40,133 bases of DNA, taken from a virus. Taxonomy: Duplodnaviria; Caudoviricetes. The position numbers were made by a program, and so were the translations under genes. The stretch lies in IMG/VR virus record IMGVR_UViG_3300031520_000047, positions 1 to 40,133 of that record. One strand, 5' to 3'. Positions 25,092 to 34,690 of the stretch are shown here, in pieces (positions within the stretch are counted from its first letter, which is position 1; each line of letters opens with the position of its first letter). A model generated the notes under the pieces. It had not been told where the DNA came from and did not search any database. It was given only the letters and a program-made list of their open reading frames with translations.

Positions 25092-26728
25092 CAAATATTC
25101 AGATACCAATTGGCGGCGCGCCTGTCAACGTCCCGATGACGACACCTGGAAACGGGCCAGGAGGGACATTTATCAACAGTGGTTTTCAGATGGTCAGTAC
25201 CACAGGTGCAACCCTTGTTCCTGCCACGCCGTACCCGGCTTCGGGGGCATCTGTTACGATCGCCAACTTAGTGTTTACCAACACAGGGCAGACTGACACA
25301 ATTGCATCAATCGCTTACCCGCGCCTCTCCGTGCAGGCTTTGGCAGCCGCAACCGCTGCCGTGGGGAACGCGCTGGAAGAAGGACAGGGGACGAACCTCA
25401 ATGTGTTTGCCCTCTTTGACGTTGTTGCCGCCCCGATCCCGGCCCCCGGCGCGCCCACCGGCCCGGCTGCCACCTACGCCGCAGGCGTTGTGACCATCGC
25501 GGCCACGGCCCGCCCTGCCGGCGAGAACGTCACCGCCTACAACTGCTATCGCTCGCAAAACGGCGGGCCGGTGACCAAGATCGGCACGGCGGCCACGCCC
25601 GCTTTCACCGACCCGACCCCGCTGACGAATGTGGCCTACACCAACAGCTACTTTATCACCGCCGTCAACGCGACCAGCGAAGGCGCGCCGTCCGCAACGG
25701 TCAACGTCGCCATCCCGCGCAATCCGGCGGCCACGGAAACGGCATCGGTGTTTCGCGGCACGCAGCTCATCATGGAAGCCGTTCCCGGCACTACGCCGCA
25801 GGGCGCGACCCCCAAGCGCCTGACGCAGTCGCAGCTCATCGTCGTTCCGAAGCCTACCCCGAAGCCATATAAGCCGATGGGTATGAAGGGGATCAGCGTC
25901 GTGCAGCAGGGGAGCGAGACGACTGACGCCAAGCTGACCGGCGTGCTGTCCTACACCGAGCTTCCGTACCAACTGGAGTCGGCGCTCAAGAAGTCCGCTG
26001 CGCCCGTGCAGGTGGGCGCACTCGCCTATACCCGCGTGTACAACGTGCAGGCCCGCAACCCGGAAGCCATGCCACAAACTTACACGGTGGAAACAGGCAG
26101 CACGCAGGGCGCGGATCGGTTCGCCTTCGGGTTCTTCAAGGGGCTTGCCATCAAGACCACCAAAAAGGACGCGACCGTGGACGGCGACATGGTGGGCTGG
26201 CCGTTGCAGGACAATGTGACCCTGACGCCGGGCGCGACCGACGTGCCCAAGGTGCCGATTGACCCAAGCACCATCGGCATCTATATCGGCGACGATCCGG
26301 CAAATCTGTCGCGCCTGGTGACGCCGCTCGACACCACGCTCAACCTCCTCGCCCACTGGCAGGAGCAGGAGTATCAAAACGACACCAACAACAGCTTTGA
26401 CGGCGTCGTGGAGATGGCTCCGAACTTCGGCTTCAAGATCACGGTTGTCGCCGGGAGCCAGGCGTTCCTGATGCTGTCGCGGCTGCGCAACGGGCAGAGC
26501 ATCTATGCCGGCATGCGGGCGCGCGGGCCGGTGATTGAAACGGCGGTGGGCGGGGCGGTTGTGTCGCAGTACGGCTTTGACGCCATCCTGCCCTGCAAGG
26601 TGATTAGCACGCCAGGGCGTCAGGACTCGCAAGGAGCCTGGACGCACCAGTATGAGTTTGCCCTGGCTGATGACAGCGTGTTCGGCGCGGGCAAGATCAC
26701 GATCACTAACACACTCGCGACGCTCTAA
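25088..26728 (+). CDS. Major tail (tube) protein with N-terminal FN3/Ig-like extension
   Basis: VTAYNCYRS...FTD......Y.SYFITAVN...EG..S FN3 pattern, then tube domain TQLIMEAVPGT...TYTVETG...ITITNTLATL. Confidence 0.8.
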   Translation: MTNIQIPIGGAPVNVPMTTPGNGPGGTFINSGFQMVSTTGATLVPATPYPASGASVTIANLVFTNTGQTDTIASIAYPRLSVQALAAATAAVGNALEEGQGTNLNVFALFDVVAAPIPAPGAPTGPAATYAAGVVTIAATARPAGENVTAYNCYRSQNGGPVTKIGTAATPAFTDPTPLTNVAYTNSYFITAVNATSEGAPSATVNVAIPRNPAATETASVFRGTQLIMEAVPGTTPQGATPKRLTQSQLIVVPKPTPKPYKPMGMKGISVVQQGSETTDAKLTGVLSYTELPYQLESALKKSAAPVQVGALAYTRVYNVQARNPEAMPQTYTVETGSTQGADRFAFGFFKGLAIKTTKKDATVDGDMVGWPLQDNVTLTPGATDVPKVPIDPSTIGIYIGDDPANLSRLVTPLDTTLNLLAHWQEQEYQNDTNNSFDGVVEMAPNFGFKITVVAGSQAFLMLSRLRNGQSIYAGMRARGPVIETAVGGAVVSQYGFDAILPCKVISTPGRQDSQGAWTHQYEFALADDSVFGAGKITITNTLATL

Positions 26729-26758
26729 CAACAATCCGGCTTGCCGGTTTACATAGTA

Positions 26759-26776
26759 ACATTTCGCGCGAAATGT
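26759..26776. promoter_or_regulatory. parS/NBS-like palindrome (perfect 18 bp)
   Basis: ACATTTCGCGCGAAATGT, intergenic. Confidence 0.7.
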
Positions 26777-26799
26777 GCCGACAATAGCAAGTATCGCGT

Positions 26800-26842
26800 G
26801 GCTATTCAGCCGCCCTCCCCCATTGGGGGAGGGCGGCTTTTT
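26800..26842 (+). terminator. Attenuator 3: GGCT-ATTC-AGCC overlapping a terminator
   Basis: Stem AGCCGCCCTCCCCC/GGGGGAGGGCGGCT plus T tract. Confidence 0.85.
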
Positions 26843-26865
26843 CTATTTACCCCCAAGGAGTTTCT

Positions 26866-27219
26866 ATGGCTGTTATTGTTTCCAAGCGCAAAGAAGTGAC
26901 CAAACCTTTTTCCGTCACACTTGACGATGGCGAAGTGGTGGCGGGTACGTACCGGCCCGCCCTGCTGACGTTTGAGTTTGACCGCGAGATGCGGCTGATG
27001 TACAAAGAAGACGAGTCCGAGAAGGGCCTTTGCGAAAAGCTTGTGCAGGTTGTGGCCTCGTGGGACGTGGAAGGTGAGCCGGGCGAGCCTCTGCCTCTGA
27101 CCGTGGACGCGCTGATGGATGTGCCCTCCGACATCATGTTTGCCGTCATCAGGGGGGTTCGCAGTGCGGGCGGCCCCCCGGCCCCGACGCCGCCCGCGAC
27201 ATCTGCGAGCTTCTCATAA
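26866..27219 (+). CDS. Tail assembly chaperone (gpG-like)
   Basis: AAGGAG RBS; VASWDV..E.GEPLPLT; between tube and tape measure genes. Confidence 0.85.
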   Translation: MAVIVSKRKEVTKPFSVTLDDGEVVAGTYRPALLTFEFDREMRLMYKEDESEKGLCEKLVQVVASWDVEGEPGEPLPLTVDALMDVPSDIMFAVIRGVRSAGGPPAPTPPATSASFS

Positions 27220-27395
27220 TAGATGCGCGTGCGGGCGACTTTCCCGATGAGTTTATTCTCATCCGCGCGGCTCGCTACCTCAAATGCGAGCCGTGGGAAC
27301 TCCAAAAGCAGCCCCGTTCCTGGACAGACTGGGCTTTGGTGTGTCAGTCCGCCGAGACGATGGCCGACAAGCACTTCGCTGCACACCCGTCATAG
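27174..27395 (+). CDS. Tail assembly chaperone -1 frameshift extension (gpGT-like)
   Basis: Slippery C CCC CCG at 27174-27180; the -1 frame reads ...DFPDEFILIRAARYLKCEPWELQKQPRSWTDWAL...HPS*. Confidence 0.75.
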   Translation, partial: PPGPDAARDICELLIIDARAGDFPDEFILIRAARYLKCEPWELQKQPRSWTDWALVCQSAETMADKHFAAHPS

Positions 27396-27419
27396 CCGTT
27401 CTAATCATCAACCAATCTC

Positions 27420-30400
27420 ATGGCAAACGTCGTTCTTAGCGCGCGCATTTCTGCCGACATTTCCAGCCTGGAAGCGGGGCTGGTGCGCGCCGACGCCTCT
27501 TTGCGCGACTTCTCCAAAACCGCCACGGCGGCAGGCGGGGAAGCCGCGAAAGGCATGAGCCTGCCCGGCGCAGCGGCGGAAAAGACGGCGGCGCAGGTGG
27601 CCGTCAGTCAGGCGCGCATGGCCGAGTTGTGGACGCGCTCTGGCGCGGCGCAAACGCGGGCGGCAGAGCTAGGCGCGCAGGCTGGGAGGCTTGCGACTGA
27701 AAGCCTTACCCTGGAAGGCAAGGCCGCGCAGATTGCCGCCGAGAAGATCGGCGGGCTGTCGGCAGCGTCTCAGGTGGCGGCGGCGAGCGCCGAGTCATTT
27801 GCAGCCCGTGCGGCGCAAACGGCAACGGCCTTGGATGCCACAGCGGCGGCGGGGGCGCGGGCCTCGGCGGGCATGAGCGCTCTGGGAGCCGTGGGCATGG
27901 CGGCGGCGGGCCTGACGATCCTGGACGGCCTCGCGGTCAAAGTGGCGATAAGCTTCCAGGCCATGACCCAGACCATCGCCAACAACACGACCATGACCAC
28001 GGCGGAGCTTGGCAACATGCGCCAGTCCGTGCTGGACCTCTCGCGCGGAACGGGCACGTCGTTTCAGAGCCTGGCCGAAGGCTACATGCACGTCAGTAAC
28101 TTTGGGTTTGCGGCGGCGGACGCGCAGAAGGTCTTGACGGAAGCCAACAAGTCGGCGGTCGCTACGGGCAGCGACGCGGCGCAGACGGCGGACATCCTCG
28201 CCAAAGGGCTGCACGAATACGGCCTGTCGGCGGATTATGCCGGGCGCGTGATGAACGTCTTCCATCTGGCGGCGGCGCAGGGCAATATGACCTTGCAGCA
28301 GTTCGATGCCGCCATGGGGCCGACCATCGGCGCGGCGGCAAACCTAGGTGTCTCGCTTGCGGATGTGGCGGCGGCGGAAACCGCGCTGACCCAGCACGGG
28401 CAGGATGCTTTTGAGGCGAGCACGCAGCTCAAGAGCATTCTGGAGCATATCGTAAACCCCACGGCGGAAGCCTCCAAAGCCCTGACGGTGCTGGGCAACC
28501 TCACCGGCATTGACCTGGTCAAAGATTTCTCGCTCGCGGGCCTGCATGCCAAGGGACTGAACGGCGTCATGGCCGACCTGTCGCGCGCGACGCAGGGGCA
28601 TTCCGACATCGTGCTGAAGCTGATCCCGGCCATGCGCGGCGGCTACGGGGCAATGATCCTGGCCGGCACGGGCGCGCGCGACTACCGGCACGCCTTGCTG
28701 CAAGCCAACGATGCAATGGCCGGCAAGATCGACCCCACCAGCAAAGCCTATAATGAAACGATGCAAACGGCGGCGCAGCGCTTTAAGGCGCTGACGCAGA
28801 GCATTCAGGTGGACCTGCTGCCTGCCGGAAACCGGCTGCTGGGGACGCTGCAATCCTTGGAGCCTGCCGCTGCCAATGTCGCCAATGCCGTGACCACTGT
28901 TGTGGACGTGTTTTCCCGGTTCCCTGCGCCGGTGCAGGAAGTCATCATCGCGCTGGGTGCGGCCAAAGTAGCCTCGTCGCTATTCGGGTTGTCCCTGCTG
29001 GGCGTAGACGGCAAGATGGGCGGCGTGGTCATGCGCATCCCGGCGATGATTAACGGCCTGCGCGGAATTGAAACGGCGGCGGGATCGGCGGCAGTGGCGG
29101 AAGGGGCACTCGCAACGGAAGGCATCGCCGCCTTCGCCATTGGAGGCGGCTTTATGATCGCCATCGCCGCTGTCGCCGTGGCCGTACTTGCCATCGCAAA
29201 CGCTTGGAACAAAGCCAAAGACGCGCAGGCGGGCTACGCCAAGCACAAAGCCGAAGTGGTTGCTTATGTGAATACGGGCGATCAGCGCACCAACGAGCAG
29301 CATCAGGCCGAGCTGAACAATCAGCAGGCAGGCAAAGTCCACGCTGCCATTGTCAGCCTGCAAAACCAAGAGAACACCAAGCAACTTGCGCTGAACCCCC
29401 TACCTAAAGGCTCCGAAGTCGCACATGGGCTTCAGGGGCAGATCGCCGACCTCGCGCATCAGATTGCCGTCAAGACGGCGCAGGAAACAGCCTTGCGCCG
29501 CGATGCTTCTGCTCTGGGCGGCTCCCTGGCAAACACCAGTGACCTGCAAAACACACGCAGCAATATCCAGGGCGAAGTCAAAAAGATAGACGGTACGATT
29601 GGCACAACTCAGGCGAGCTTAACTGGCCTTGAAAACAAGCTTTCGGTTCTGAAGGCATCGATTGCCGCGCAGAAAAACAACCAGCTTGCGCAAATCAATC
29701 TGGCAAAACAAATTGCTGACGTTCAGGGGCAAATCACAAGCGACGAGTCAGCCCTCGCCGCCCTCAAAAAGAGCCGCCATGAACAGGTGGCAAATTACAA
29801 CAAATTAGAACCTCTAGCGCGGCAGGAAACAAAGCAGAAGTGGGGCGCAGGAATGGATGCAGGCACGTCCATTATGAACCACATCACCGATGCCATCAAT
29901 ACGCCGCAGGGCAAGGCGAGCTGCGCCTACTTCGCCTCTGAGCTGATGCGGGCGTCAGGTGTCGCTGTGCCCTTGACAGGCGGAGCCAAAGCCCTGAAGG
30001 AGTGGGCCGTTGGTGTTGGGGCCGTAGCGCACTCACTGGCAGAAGCAAAGGCCGGAGACCTCATCGCCTGGCACGGCAAACGCTACGGCGCGATGAAGGA
30101 CAAGAACGGTGAAGGGGATCATGTCGGCATCTATGCGGGCAACGGCATGATTCGTCAGTCTTCTGGCAACGGCCCCGGCCATGACCGCATGATGCACATG
30201 TACGACGCGCCCCATGCGCAGTTCTACACCGTTCCCGACAGCGCCATCGGCGGCAAAGTCGCCAAAGCATTGGACGCCGATAAGTTCAACGCCGCGCTCA
30301 AGGCCAAAGGCGACGACGCCGCCAAGCAGCATCAGGGCTTTCTTGGCGACACCTTCAGCCTGAACAACACCGAGTTCGCCACCCGCCGCCATGATGCGCA

Positions 30401-32243
30401 GGAGCGCTTCGACGGGTCGGATAAAGGCATAGCCGCCAAAAAGTGGCTTGCCGCGCAGATGGCCGACATCAACAAAGACGAAGTCAAAGCCGAGCAAGAG
30501 CAGAGCAAGAAACTCAAAGCCGAGCACGACAAGCGCGTCAAGGAAGCCCTGGACGCTTCTTCCGCGATTGCCAAGACCAAGCGCAGCCTCTACGACGACA
30601 TCTACGCTACGACGCCCGGCAAAGGCGGCAAGCTGCCCTCTGAGTTTGACGTGCGCCGCCGCACGGCCCATGAAGACTACGGTGACCATGTGCAGGCGCT
30701 GGTCAGCGAAAAGGTCAAGCCCGGCGTGGCGCGGGGCCTCGTGCAGCCATGGCTTGCCGGGCAGATGGGGCAGATCGGGCGCGATGAAAAGGACGCCCGC
30801 GCCAAGCAAAGGGAAGTGGATGCGCGGGCACAAAAACCAGGCGTGGAGCTCCTCAGCGACATCAAGAAAATCGGCGCGGAGTCGCAGGCCAAAGAAGTCA
30901 CCGATCCGGGCGAGGCCGCCTGGCAGAAGTTTGTCGCCGACCATGCGGAAGGTTACGCGCTGATTGCCCAAAAAGCCCCTATTGCGGCACGTGCGCACAT
31001 GGACTTCCTGAAGGCGTTCGCTGTAAGCAGCGCGAGCGACCAGGCCAAAGAGAACCTGAAGACGCTGGCAAAGTTTCATCTGGAGATGACGGACAAGATG
31101 ATTGCCGTCCGCTCCAAAGTGACCGACGCCGCCGATCCGGCGCTTGCCGCCTGGCATGAGTATCTGGCGACACATGACGACGTGGTCAAGGCCATCGGCA
31201 AAGACGCGGGCGCGGCGGCGCAGGCCTTCGCACAGTTTCGGGCGGAGTTTGTCACCGAGCAAGACGCGCAAACCCTGGAGCAGTACTACCAGCAGATGAG
31301 CCGCATCCATCAGCAGATGCTGGAAACGCAGGCGCGCACGCCGGAAGAGAAGATGTTCGCGCAGACGCTGCAATCCGACGGCACGGGCGGACTGAAGCAG
31401 GCTTTCTCTAGTGACCAGATCAAGAACATGGCGACCCAGCAAAAGCAGCTTGGCGACATGCAGGCGAAGGTGCAGCAGACGCAGGCGGCATGGCAGTCCA
31501 TGTCGGGCGTTGTGCAGTCAGGCCTCGACCATTTGATGCAGCGCGGCTTCAATGGCTTCTTTGCCAATGTTGTGCAGGGCTTCCGAGGCATGTTCCGGCA
31601 GATCGCCGTGGAGTATTTGCGCAACGAAGCGATGCAGGCGATGCAGCGCGGTTTGTCCGGCATCCTGAATGGCAAGCAGAAGGGCGGCGGGGCAACGGGA
31701 GGCGTGGCCGCCGCCGCGCAGGCGGCGCAGGGCGCGCAGCTTGCCGGGGCGGCAACGGCGCTCACAGCGGCAGGCACGGGGCTTGCAGCCACGGCGGGGG
31801 TACTTACAGCTTCGGGCGCGGGCCTGACGGGAGCCGGGGCCGGGCTGCTCGGGGCGAGTGCCGGGCTTGTCGGCGGAGGCACGGGCCTGGTGGCGGCGGC
31901 GGCGGCGCTGGTGGCGGCGGCGGCGGCTTCAAGTGCGAGCAGCGCGATGTTGGGGATTTCCGGCGCGCGGGCGGATGGCGGCTCGGTCATCGGCGGAAAC
32001 CGGTACCTTGTGGGCGAGCGCGGGCCGGAGATTGTGACGATGGGCGGCAATGGGTTTGTGACGCCAAACCACCAGATCAGGACGGCGAGCGCAGGGGCCG
32101 GAGGCGGCGGCGATAGCCACTTCCATGCCCATGTGACCGTGCAGGGCAACGGGAGCGCCGATGCCAACCGGCGCACCGGGCAGCAGGTGGGGCAAGCGGC
32201 AATGGCGGAGATGCAGCGGGCGCAGCGGAGAAACGGCGTTTAA
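27420..32243 (+). CDS. Tape measure protein with embedded NlpC/P60-CHAP-like domain
   Basis: 1607 aa, TP901-type core, SCAYFAS...AGDLIAW...HVGIYAGNG, C-terminal RADGG...YLVGERGPE. Confidence 0.93.
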   Translation: MANVVLSARISADISSLEAGLVRADASLRDFSKTATAAGGEAAKGMSLPGAAAEKTAAQVAVSQARMAELWTRSGAAQTRAAELGAQAGRLATESLTLEGKAAQIAAEKIGGLSAASQVAAASAESFAARAAQTATALDATAAAGARASAGMSALGAVGMAAAGLTILDGLAVKVAISFQAMTQTIANNTTMTTAELGNMRQSVLDLSRGTGTSFQSLAEGYMHVSNFGFAAADAQKVLTEANKSAVATGSDAAQTADILAKGLHEYGLSADYAGRVMNVFHLAAAQGNMTLQQFDAAMGPTIGAAANLGVSLADVAAAETALTQHGQDAFEASTQLKSILEHIVNPTAEASKALTVLGNLTGIDLVKDFSLAGLHAKGLNGVMADLSRATQGHSDIVLKLIPAMRGGYGAMILAGTGARDYRHALLQANDAMAGKIDPTSKAYNETMQTAAQRFKALTQSIQVDLLPAGNRLLGTLQSLEPAAANVANAVTTVVDVFSRFPAPVQEVIIALGAAKVASSLFGLSLLGVDGKMGGVVMRIPAMINGLRGIETAAGSAAVAEGALATEGIAAFAIGGGFMIAIAAVAVAVLAIANAWNKAKDAQAGYAKHKAEVVAYVNTGDQRTNEQHQAELNNQQAGKVHAAIVSLQNQENTKQLALNPLPKGSEVAHGLQGQIADLAHQIAVKTAQETALRRDASALGGSLANTSDLQNTRSNIQGEVKKIDGTIGTTQASLTGLENKLSVLKASIAAQKNNQLAQINLAKQIADVQGQITSDESALAALKKSRHEQVANYNKLEPLARQETKQKWGAGMDAGTSIMNHITDAINTPQGKASCAYFASELMRASGVAVPLTGGAKALKEWAVGVGAVAHSLAEAKAGDLIAWHGKRYGAMKDKNGEGDHVGIYAGNGMIRQSSGNGPGHDRMMHMYDAPHAQFYTVPDSAIGGKVAKALDADKFNAALKAKGDDAAKQHQGFLGDTFSLNNTEFATRRHDAQERFDGSDKGIAAKKWLAAQMADINKDEVKAEQEQSKKLKAEHDKRVKEALDASSAIAKTKRSLYDDIYATTPGKGGKLPSEFDVRRRTAHEDYGDHVQALVSEKVKPGVARGLVQPWLAGQMGQIGRDEKDARAKQREVDARAQKPGVELLSDIKKIGAESQAKEVTDPGEAAWQKFVADHAEGYALIAQKAPIAARAHMDFLKAFAVSSASDQAKENLKTLAKFHLEMTDKMIAVRSKVTDAADPALAAWHEYLATHDDVVKAIGKDAGAAAQAFAQFRAEFVTEQDAQTLEQYYQQMSRIHQQMLETQARTPEEKMFAQTLQSDGTGGLKQAFSSDQIKNMATQQKQLGDMQAKVQQTQAAWQSMSGVVQSGLDHLMQRGFNGFFANVVQGFRGMFRQIAVEYLRNEAMQAMQRGLSGILNGKQKGGGATGGVAAAAQAAQGAQLAGAATALTAAGTGLAATAGVLTASGAGLTGAGAGLLGASAGLVGGGTGLVAAAAALVAAAAASSASSAMLGISGARADGGSVIGGNRYLVGERGPEIVTMGGNGFVTPNHQIRTASAGAGGGGDSHFHAHVTVQGNGSADANRRTGQQVGQAAMAEMQRAQRRNGV

Positions 32244-32244
32244 T

Positions 32245-32838
32245 ATGTTTCATGAAATTTTACTGCCCGATGAGCTGGCGTATGGGGCGGAGTTTGGGCC
32301 GGAATACAAAACCACCAAAGTGCAGACCGGCTCCGGGGGCGAGCAGCGCATCGTGCAGTGGCCGCGCGCGCGGCGACGAGGAACGGTCGGATACAAGATT
32401 CGCAGCCGTGATCAGATCAATGCGCTGCGCGCGTTCTACCTCGCGCGATTTGGCGATGCGATTGGCTTTCGGTTTTCAGATAACGCCGACCGCGACGTGG
32501 CGAATGAGCCTCTGGTAAACACGGGCGGCACGATGCTGCAACTGCAAAAAGCAGACACCGACGGGGCAGGCTTTGCCTCGGTGCGCACGATCAGGAAGCC
32601 GTCGCTCACCGGCCCGTTCACGCTTTACAAAGACGGCGCCGCCATGATGGGCGGCTACGCTTTGGATGTGACGACCGGGATTATCACTCTCGCCTCTGCT
32701 GCGCCGGGGAGCGTCTTCACCTGGTCGGGGCGCTTTGACGTGCCGGTGCGCTTTGACGGCGACTGGATGAACGGAAAACGTGACGACTTCGATGTGCATT
32801 CCTGGGAAGGCATCGCCATCGTAGAGTTATTGATTTAG
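32245..32838 (+). CDS. Distal tail protein (DUF2460, GTA-like)
   Basis: MFHEILLP...GPEYKT....SGGEQR...W, FYLARFGDAIGFRF.D, FDVPVRFD. Confidence 0.9.
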   Translation: MFHEILLPDELAYGAEFGPEYKTTKVQTGSGGEQRIVQWPRARRRGTVGYKIRSRDQINALRAFYLARFGDAIGFRFSDNADRDVANEPLVNTGGTMLQLQKADTDGAGFASVRTIRKPSLTGPFTLYKDGAAMMGGYALDVTTGIITLASAAPGSVFTWSGRFDVPVRFDGDWMNGKRDDFDVHSWEGIAIVELLI

Positions 32839-32865
32839 CCGTTGCTCATTTAGGGGGATTATTCC

Positions 32866-34260
32866 GTGCGAAATATGTCGGCGGCGCTGTTCGCGCACTT
32901 GCAAGGGGACACGCTCACGACCGCGAACTGCGTGCGGCTCGCGCGCACGGACGGCGTCGTCATGGCCTGGACGGACTGCAATATCCCGCTGACGTTCGAC
33001 GGAATGACCTACGCGGCGAGCGATGGGGTCGGGCTAAGGAACCTCAAGGCGGCGGCGGGCACGGGCGTGGACAACATGGAAACGGTGCTGCTGCTCATGC
33101 CGGGCGGCATCACCGAGGACGGCATCCGGGCCGGACTGTACGACAATGCGCCCGTGACGCTCTCTTTGGTCAACTGGGCGGATTTGTCGCAGGGGAGCCT
33201 GACGCTGCTGCGCGGGCGCGTGGGCGAGATCACCCTGACCGATGGGCAGTGCGTGGCGGAAGTGCGCAGCCTGTCGCAGCTTCTGCAGCAGCAGATCGGA
33301 GACGTGACCAGCCCGTCGTGCCGCGTGCGCAGGCTCGGAGACGCGCAGTGCAAGGTAGACATGACGCGCTTTCGCTTTGCGCGCATGCTCACGGCATTGG
33401 GCGGGTCGGCGAGCGGGCAGCCGGCGCAGGCGCTCACGCAAACAAACTGCGGCGGCGGCGCGGCGGCGCCGTTCGGGGCAGACGCGGGCAGTTCGGGCGG
33501 GGGCACGGGGAGCACGGGCAACGCGGTGGCGACTACGGGTGTCACGGGGGCCGCGCCTGCCGATGTGTACCAAACTTCGCGCTATGGGAAAACCTTTTCT
33601 TATGCGCTTTCCGGGTACACGCCGGGCCAGGATTACACGCTGCGCCTGCACTTTGCCGAAACGTTCTTCGGGCCGCCCTCGCCCCCTGGTGGGCCAAGCA
33701 TGACGCATGGCGGGGGGACAGGCTCACGCATCTTTGACGTGGCCGCGAACGGGGCGCGGGTGCTGCAAAGCATTGACATTTATCAAGCGGCAGGGGGAAG
33801 CAACCTGGCGACGGTGCAGGAACTGGAAGTCACCGCAGACGCATCGGGAGCGCTGCACATTGTCTTTACGGCGAGTGTGGACAATGCAAGCTGCTGCGGC
33901 CTGGAAGTGCTGACCCTGGCCGCGCCCGGCGTGCCTGCCGGGCTGGTGTTCGCAGGCGACGGCGCGGCGAGCGGCTTTTACACGCATGGCGTCATAACGT
34001 TCACGAGCGGTGCGAACGCAGGCCTGGCGCGGGAAATCAAGGGGCACGGCCTTGCGGGCGGCGCGGCCATTATCAGCCTGCAAGGGCAGTTTCCGTTTGC
34101 CGTGGCCGTGGGCGACGCGGCGATTTTAGAAGCGGGCTGCGCCCGCCGCCTGCCGACGTGCGTGGAAAAGTTCAATAACGCCGCAAACTTTCGGGGCGAG
34201 TCGCTCCTGCCCGGCAACGATCAGGTCATGCGCGTAGGCCGGGGGACTGCTGATGGTTAG
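32866..34260 (+). CDS. Baseplate hub (DUF2163/BR0599) with inserted malectin domain
   Basis: C.RLARTDG...TD, GLYDNA, C...LGDAQC, GC.R.L.TC..KFNN..NFRGE; central VYQTSRYG...LRLHFAE...RIFDV. Confidence 0.88.
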   Translation: MRNMSAALFAHLQGDTLTTANCVRLARTDGVVMAWTDCNIPLTFDGMTYAASDGVGLRNLKAAAGTGVDNMETVLLLMPGGITEDGIRAGLYDNAPVTLSLVNWADLSQGSLTLLRGRVGEITLTDGQCVAEVRSLSQLLQQQIGDVTSPSCRVRRLGDAQCKVDMTRFRFARMLTALGGSASGQPAQALTQTNCGGGAAAPFGADAGSSGGGTGSTGNAVATTGVTGAAPADVYQTSRYGKTFSYALSGYTPGQDYTLRLHFAETFFGPPSPPGGPSMTHGGGTGSRIFDVAANGARVLQSIDIYQAAGGSNLATVQELEVTADASGALHIVFTASVDNASCCGLEVLTLAAPGVPAGLVFAGDGAASGFYTHGVITFTSGANAGLAREIKGHGLAGGAAIISLQGQFPFAVAVGDAAILEAGCARRLPTCVEKFNNAANFRGESLLPGNDQVMRVGRGTADG

Positions 34261-34669
34261 TGGGCAAGATATTGTGAGAGAGGCGCGCACTTGGATCGGC
34301 ACGCCCTTCCATCACGCGGCGCGGGTCAAAGGCGTGGGCGTGGACTGCGCCGGGCTGCTGGTGGGCGTGGCGCATGCGCTGGGCCTGCCTGTCCAAGATG
34401 ACACGCGCTACCACGCGCAGGACAATCTCGCGCGCATGCGGACGGCACTCGCGCGTGAATGCGAGATCGTGCCGGAAGAAGAGGATGTGTTTCCTGGCGA
34501 CGTACTGCTGCTGATTGGGCGCGGCATGCCGAACCACCTCGCGATCTTCAATGGCAACGGCGGCATGATCCATGCGTGGCGGTCGGCAGGGGGCGTGGTG
34601 GAGCACAAGATTGACGAAGCGTGGGTAGACAACGTCGTGGACGTGTACCGGCTGAGGGGACTAAGTTAG
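34253..34669 (+). CDS. Tail-associated NlpC/P60 peptidase
   Basis: ARTWIGTPFHH...GVGVDCAGLL...PGDVLL...HLAI...MIHA. Confidence 0.92.
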   Translation: MVSGQDIVREARTWIGTPFHHAARVKGVGVDCAGLLVGVAHALGLPVQDDTRYHAQDNLARMRTALARECEIVPEEEDVFPGDVLLLIGRGMPNHLAIFNGNGGMIHAWRSAGGVVEHKIDEAWVDNVVDVYRLRGLS

Positions 34670-34690
34670 ATGGCGCGAGGCTTGAATTAA

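Noticed and set aside
25307-26734. 475-aa minus-strand ORF, and similar ones such as 30033-31442
   Set aside because: Antisense shadows of GC-rich structural genes with no motifs.
31680-31950. Gly/Ala-rich repeats at the tape measure C-terminus as a separate repeat element
   Set aside because: Ordinary low-complexity coding sequence within the ORF.
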